A stretch of 24,650 nucleotides of DNA from Zygophlyctis sp. KS116 (taxonomy: Eukaryota > Fungi > Chytridiomycota). Within the stretch, counting starts at the first letter, position 1. Each line of letters starts with the position of its first letter. Below, piece by piece: positions 21,153 to 24,650 of this stretch. Both the position numbers and the translations under genes were made by a program. The DNA is taken from contig BAAFSQ010000145.1 in assembly GCA_054661495.1 (NCBI GenBank), forward strand, positions 1 through 24,650, written 5' to 3'. The notes below the pieces were generated by a model, which was not told the origin of the DNA, made no database searches, and worked only from the letters and a program-made list of their open reading frames with translations.

Positions 21153-24100
21153 TATTCTTTAATGACAACCCTAATGTAAGGAACTTCAACATCTTCTCCG
21201 TCTTTATCATTCACACATGTTTCCAAAACTAGACTCTTGACATAGTCTGGAATGGGTTTCTTTGAGATTAATTCACAAAGCTTGGATAATCTGAAAATTA
21301 TAAATTATGAAAAAATTACGGCAAGTCTAGTCTTTCAGCAAGTTTCTTTGGCTGGAGGAAAAAAGAATACAACATGCATGCTCCACAAGAAAGCATGGTG
21401 ATCTCTAGAGAATGCTTTTCCTTGAAAAGTTTAATCAATTCTCTCAAGCTTATATCACCAGTAATATCAAATCTGTCCCAAAGAGACCATTCAACGTCAT
21501 GATACTAAAATAAGACTTTTTTAAAATTACCTTTAATTTAGAGGCTTGGATAGGTTCAGAAAAAGCAAAGAATGGAAGTGCAAGATTTAAAAAGCTGTTT
21601 TTATAGCTTTCCACCTTGGTTTTTCCATCAATTAGTTTATAGAGTTCCAGGCATACAAGTCCAGTTACCATAGAGGTAGTAGTGGCAATAGCAGGAATAA
21701 TCTTTCCTGCAACAAATTTGGTCTTGTGCTTATCAGCTGGTGCGATTCCGTAATTGGCTGCACGTAGATTAGAAGTTGCTGTAATAAAATCAATATGATG
21801 GTTAGTATCATCATCTTTTTCAAATTCAATAGCTTTAAGACGGAATCCTGCAAAAGAAGAAGGTGGAGGGAGGTTATTAGCTAAAGTTTGCAATTCATCT
21901 TGATCTAAAATTAATTATTGGAAAGGATATACCAGTAGAAGCTGCAGTAATAGCCTCATTTTCTTGTACTTGAATTTTGACTCCTGATTTAGGTGTAAAT
22001 TCAGGTACAATCACATCTATTAATACTCGCTTAAAGTAGGCTGGATCAAGTTCGCCTAGAATAAATATTTTCAAATATACCTTTCAATCCATAATTTTCT
22101 GCGTGTAAATTAGCTGCTGCAATTATAAAGTCAAGGTGCATAGGCTATTGTAAGAAATAAAATCATACATCATTTAGATTAAAAACAAGAGGGTCAGGAG
22201 CTCTCTTGGGACCAATCCAGAATGGCGTACCAGTAGAAGTGACCTATTTCTTAGATATTTACTAGATTATACAGCGTCCTTGGGGAAATTATAAAGGAGT
22301 TGCAAGATCGAATTATTAAAATATGCATCGAATTTATGTCGGGCCCAGACAATACATTCATCAAAAGATAGAGGTTTTTCTGTTAATAAAAATGAATTCA
22401 CAGACTCCAAGACTTCTTTTTGATTACCGCCAGCTTTCATAGTTGATTCAACAAAATTTGGGGTAGAAAGGTACATATTCACATTATCTGCAGGGCGCTT
22501 AAATAAACCTTCAAATGTGTCTCTGGCCCACTAATGTTATTCATTTATAAATAATTACCTGAATAGTATGTTCTATGGCATTGGGGAAATTTTTCAAAGT
22601 GCAAATGGGTATGGATTTTTCAGGGGGATCCGAAGAAGATGAATATGATTCGGTAACATGAGGAATCACGACCTATGATTTAGATATGTAATTAAAAGCC
22701 TACTTGTGTATTGCCTTTAGTGCCTAATGTACCAGACTCAAGGAGAGACTTGCGATAAAATACGCATCGACGATCTACATACTTTCGGGCTTCTACATTA
22801 TCTAAAGCATTCGTAACTCCAGAAAGAGATTCAAAAAATGAATCTCCAAAAACTTCTTCCGTTTCGGGACCAACTCTTTCTTGATATACCTTAATCTTTC
22901 CAACACAGTCAGGATTCATTTTCTGAACTGCTTGCGCAGCACATTCAGACTTGAGCTTTGATACATCACCAGGTCTAAAGAGAAATTGACGATTTAAATT
23001 CGACTTTTCAATCGTGTCCATATCTGTTAAATGAACAGCTCCCTTAGGACCGACACCCAGTCCCATCAAGGCCCAGTTCTTTAACATTTCACAACCAATC
23101 GCTCCTGCTCCAACCAAGAATTGATTCTGGCTAGAGATTTTCTCTTGGAACTCAGCCCCGAAAACGGCGATTTGAGAATCATATCTTGAATTTCTAGGAG
23201 CACATACAGCTTCATTCAAGGTCACTGACTCGGGGAGTGACTCTAAAGAATCAAAAGCAAAATACTGCTGTACAGGTCCAAACTTTCCAGAACAAGCCTT
23301 TAAAATTTCTTGAGCCACCATTCCTCCCAATACTGCAGCCATAGGACCTAATTCACCTTGAGCTCCATATGCCAATTCTTTTATTAGTTTTTCATCCAAC
23401 ACAGGTTTATCCTTTAGCTCTTTTGCAATATTTTGTGCCAAATCAAGTACTTGTTTAGCATCATTTTCACTTCTTGGAATAGGTAATCTTTTATGATGAG
23501 TATTAAACTTGTCTAAAGCCATAAACCCAATTTGAATCTGACGAGGTCTATCCATTTTTGCAAAATCTGTAATCACAAAATCAGGATCATCCAAAGATTC
23601 CTTTAAAGTTTTAAATGAAATATTTTTAGCCTGTTTTACTTGAGTAAATATCCCACCCTTTTCATATTCTTTTAGACCAGTTGTATCCCCAATACTAAAA
23701 GTATAAGCTCCTAATACTTTTATTGGTCTTGCTTCAATCCCATTTAAAGCTTCCATCCCTTCAATTTCTGTAAAACAAACAAAATCCCCATCTTCTAAAC
23801 CGTGTCTTGTTTCATCTAAACAAGTTACAACCCCCTCTTTATCACTTGAAATCGAAGCTATTATCCCAGTCTTTGGTTCTTCACCATTAGAATCTAAAAC
23901 CAGAAATTCTTGACCAAAATCATTAAAAGAAAGCCCAAAAAGCCCTCTTATATCTGCAGAGATAAAACAATGATCAAATTTCCTAGTTATAGAATTTAAA
24001 TAAATTTGTTGTTCCAACCCAGTTTCCGTTGCAACAATTACCTAGAATTAAATTTTTAAAGAGAAATACTTGAAACCCAGATATCAATTCCTCACTTAGA

Positions 24101-24454
24101 GTCTCTAAAACATTTACTGGAACGTAAGAATTTAGTTCAGCCAGTTTAGGACAAGTCACAACATCTCTTCTCTTCCCAATATCTACACTTGATAGAAAGA
24201 ATTGACAACCTAAATCTCTTAAAGAAACCAGATTAGGATCATAAAGAGACACAGACTTTACCCCAGCTAGAATAACATTTTTAGCTAAATTTAGAGAGTC
24301 TTACATACCAATTTCCACGCCCAAACCTTTTAAACCAATAATAAGAACAGTTGAATTTGCCATTTTCTTCATAGCTTCATGTCCTAGAACATAACTATAT
24401 TGTCAAGTAGAGAAATTACAGTTGTCTAGAATACAGAGATTCGTCAATCGTCAT
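21152..24454 (-). CDS. UBA1: Ubiquitin-activating enzyme E1
   Basis: [35 protein letters not shown], catalytic [30 protein letters not shown] and C-terminal [14 protein letters not shown]. Eleven introns of 24-31 nt. Confidence 0.97.
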
Positions 24455-24526
24455 TTAACCTTTTTAAAAAACGCCTACTGACCGACAAGTATCCTAGCCG
24501 TCCGTGGCCATCAATCACACGCCCCG

Positions 24527-24608
24527 TCCCACTGTCACCCACACTGTCGCCCACACTGACACCCCCACTGTCGCCCCCACTGTCGCCCCCACTGACACAC
24601 TGACACAG
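24527..24608. repeat. GC-rich degenerate 12-nt minisatellite upstream of UBA1
   Basis: About 7 copies of a CACTG(T/A)C core, with unit consensus CACTGTCGCCCC. Confidence 0.8.
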
Positions 24609-24650
24609 ATCTCGGGCGTTAAAATGAAAAATTCACTGGAAATCGAATTG

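Noticed and set aside
1-24650. Alternative genetic code or mass pseudogenisation as the explanation for fragmented ORFs
   Set aside because: Removing short GT-AG introns restores the conserved proteins with the standard code, and TAA, TAG and TGA all serve as real stops.

Overview
Very compact, AT-rich eukaryotic genomic DNA, most likely from a flagellated early-diverging fungus (chytrid-like; inferred from a CFAP69 homolog among fungal-type housekeeping genes). About 17 protein-coding genes and one transposon relic are packed into 24.6 kb. Most genes are broken by ultra-short GT-AG introns (about 40 traced by eye, all 23-31 nt), which is why the ORF track is fragmented. From left to right: a secreted orphan (partial), a Mutator-like transposase relic, a BRD7/9-like bromodomain protein, an RBR E3 ligase, CFAP69, a Tho1/SARNP SAP protein, an Asteroid/ASTE1-type PIN nuclease, NEDD8/RUB1, a class I heme peroxidase, an orphan heptad-repeat/NLS protein, an SDR, mitochondrial EF-G1, COQ4, SCO1, a small orphan ORF, cystinosin, CUS2/HTATSF1, ATG6/Beclin-1 and UBA1. 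The most striking signal is operon-like packing of same-strand genes. The UBA1 stop overlaps the ATG6 start as TAATG, the NEDD8 precursor overlaps the ASTE1 start by 11 nt, and the next genes follow after only 20 and 28 nt. This suggests polycistronic transcription and/or termination-reinitiation in a nuclear genome. A second oddity is that the unrelated mitochondrial genes MEF1 and SCO1 share a nearly identical first 28 coding nt (MSxLLLRSC). All gene models were made by eye, without database searches.
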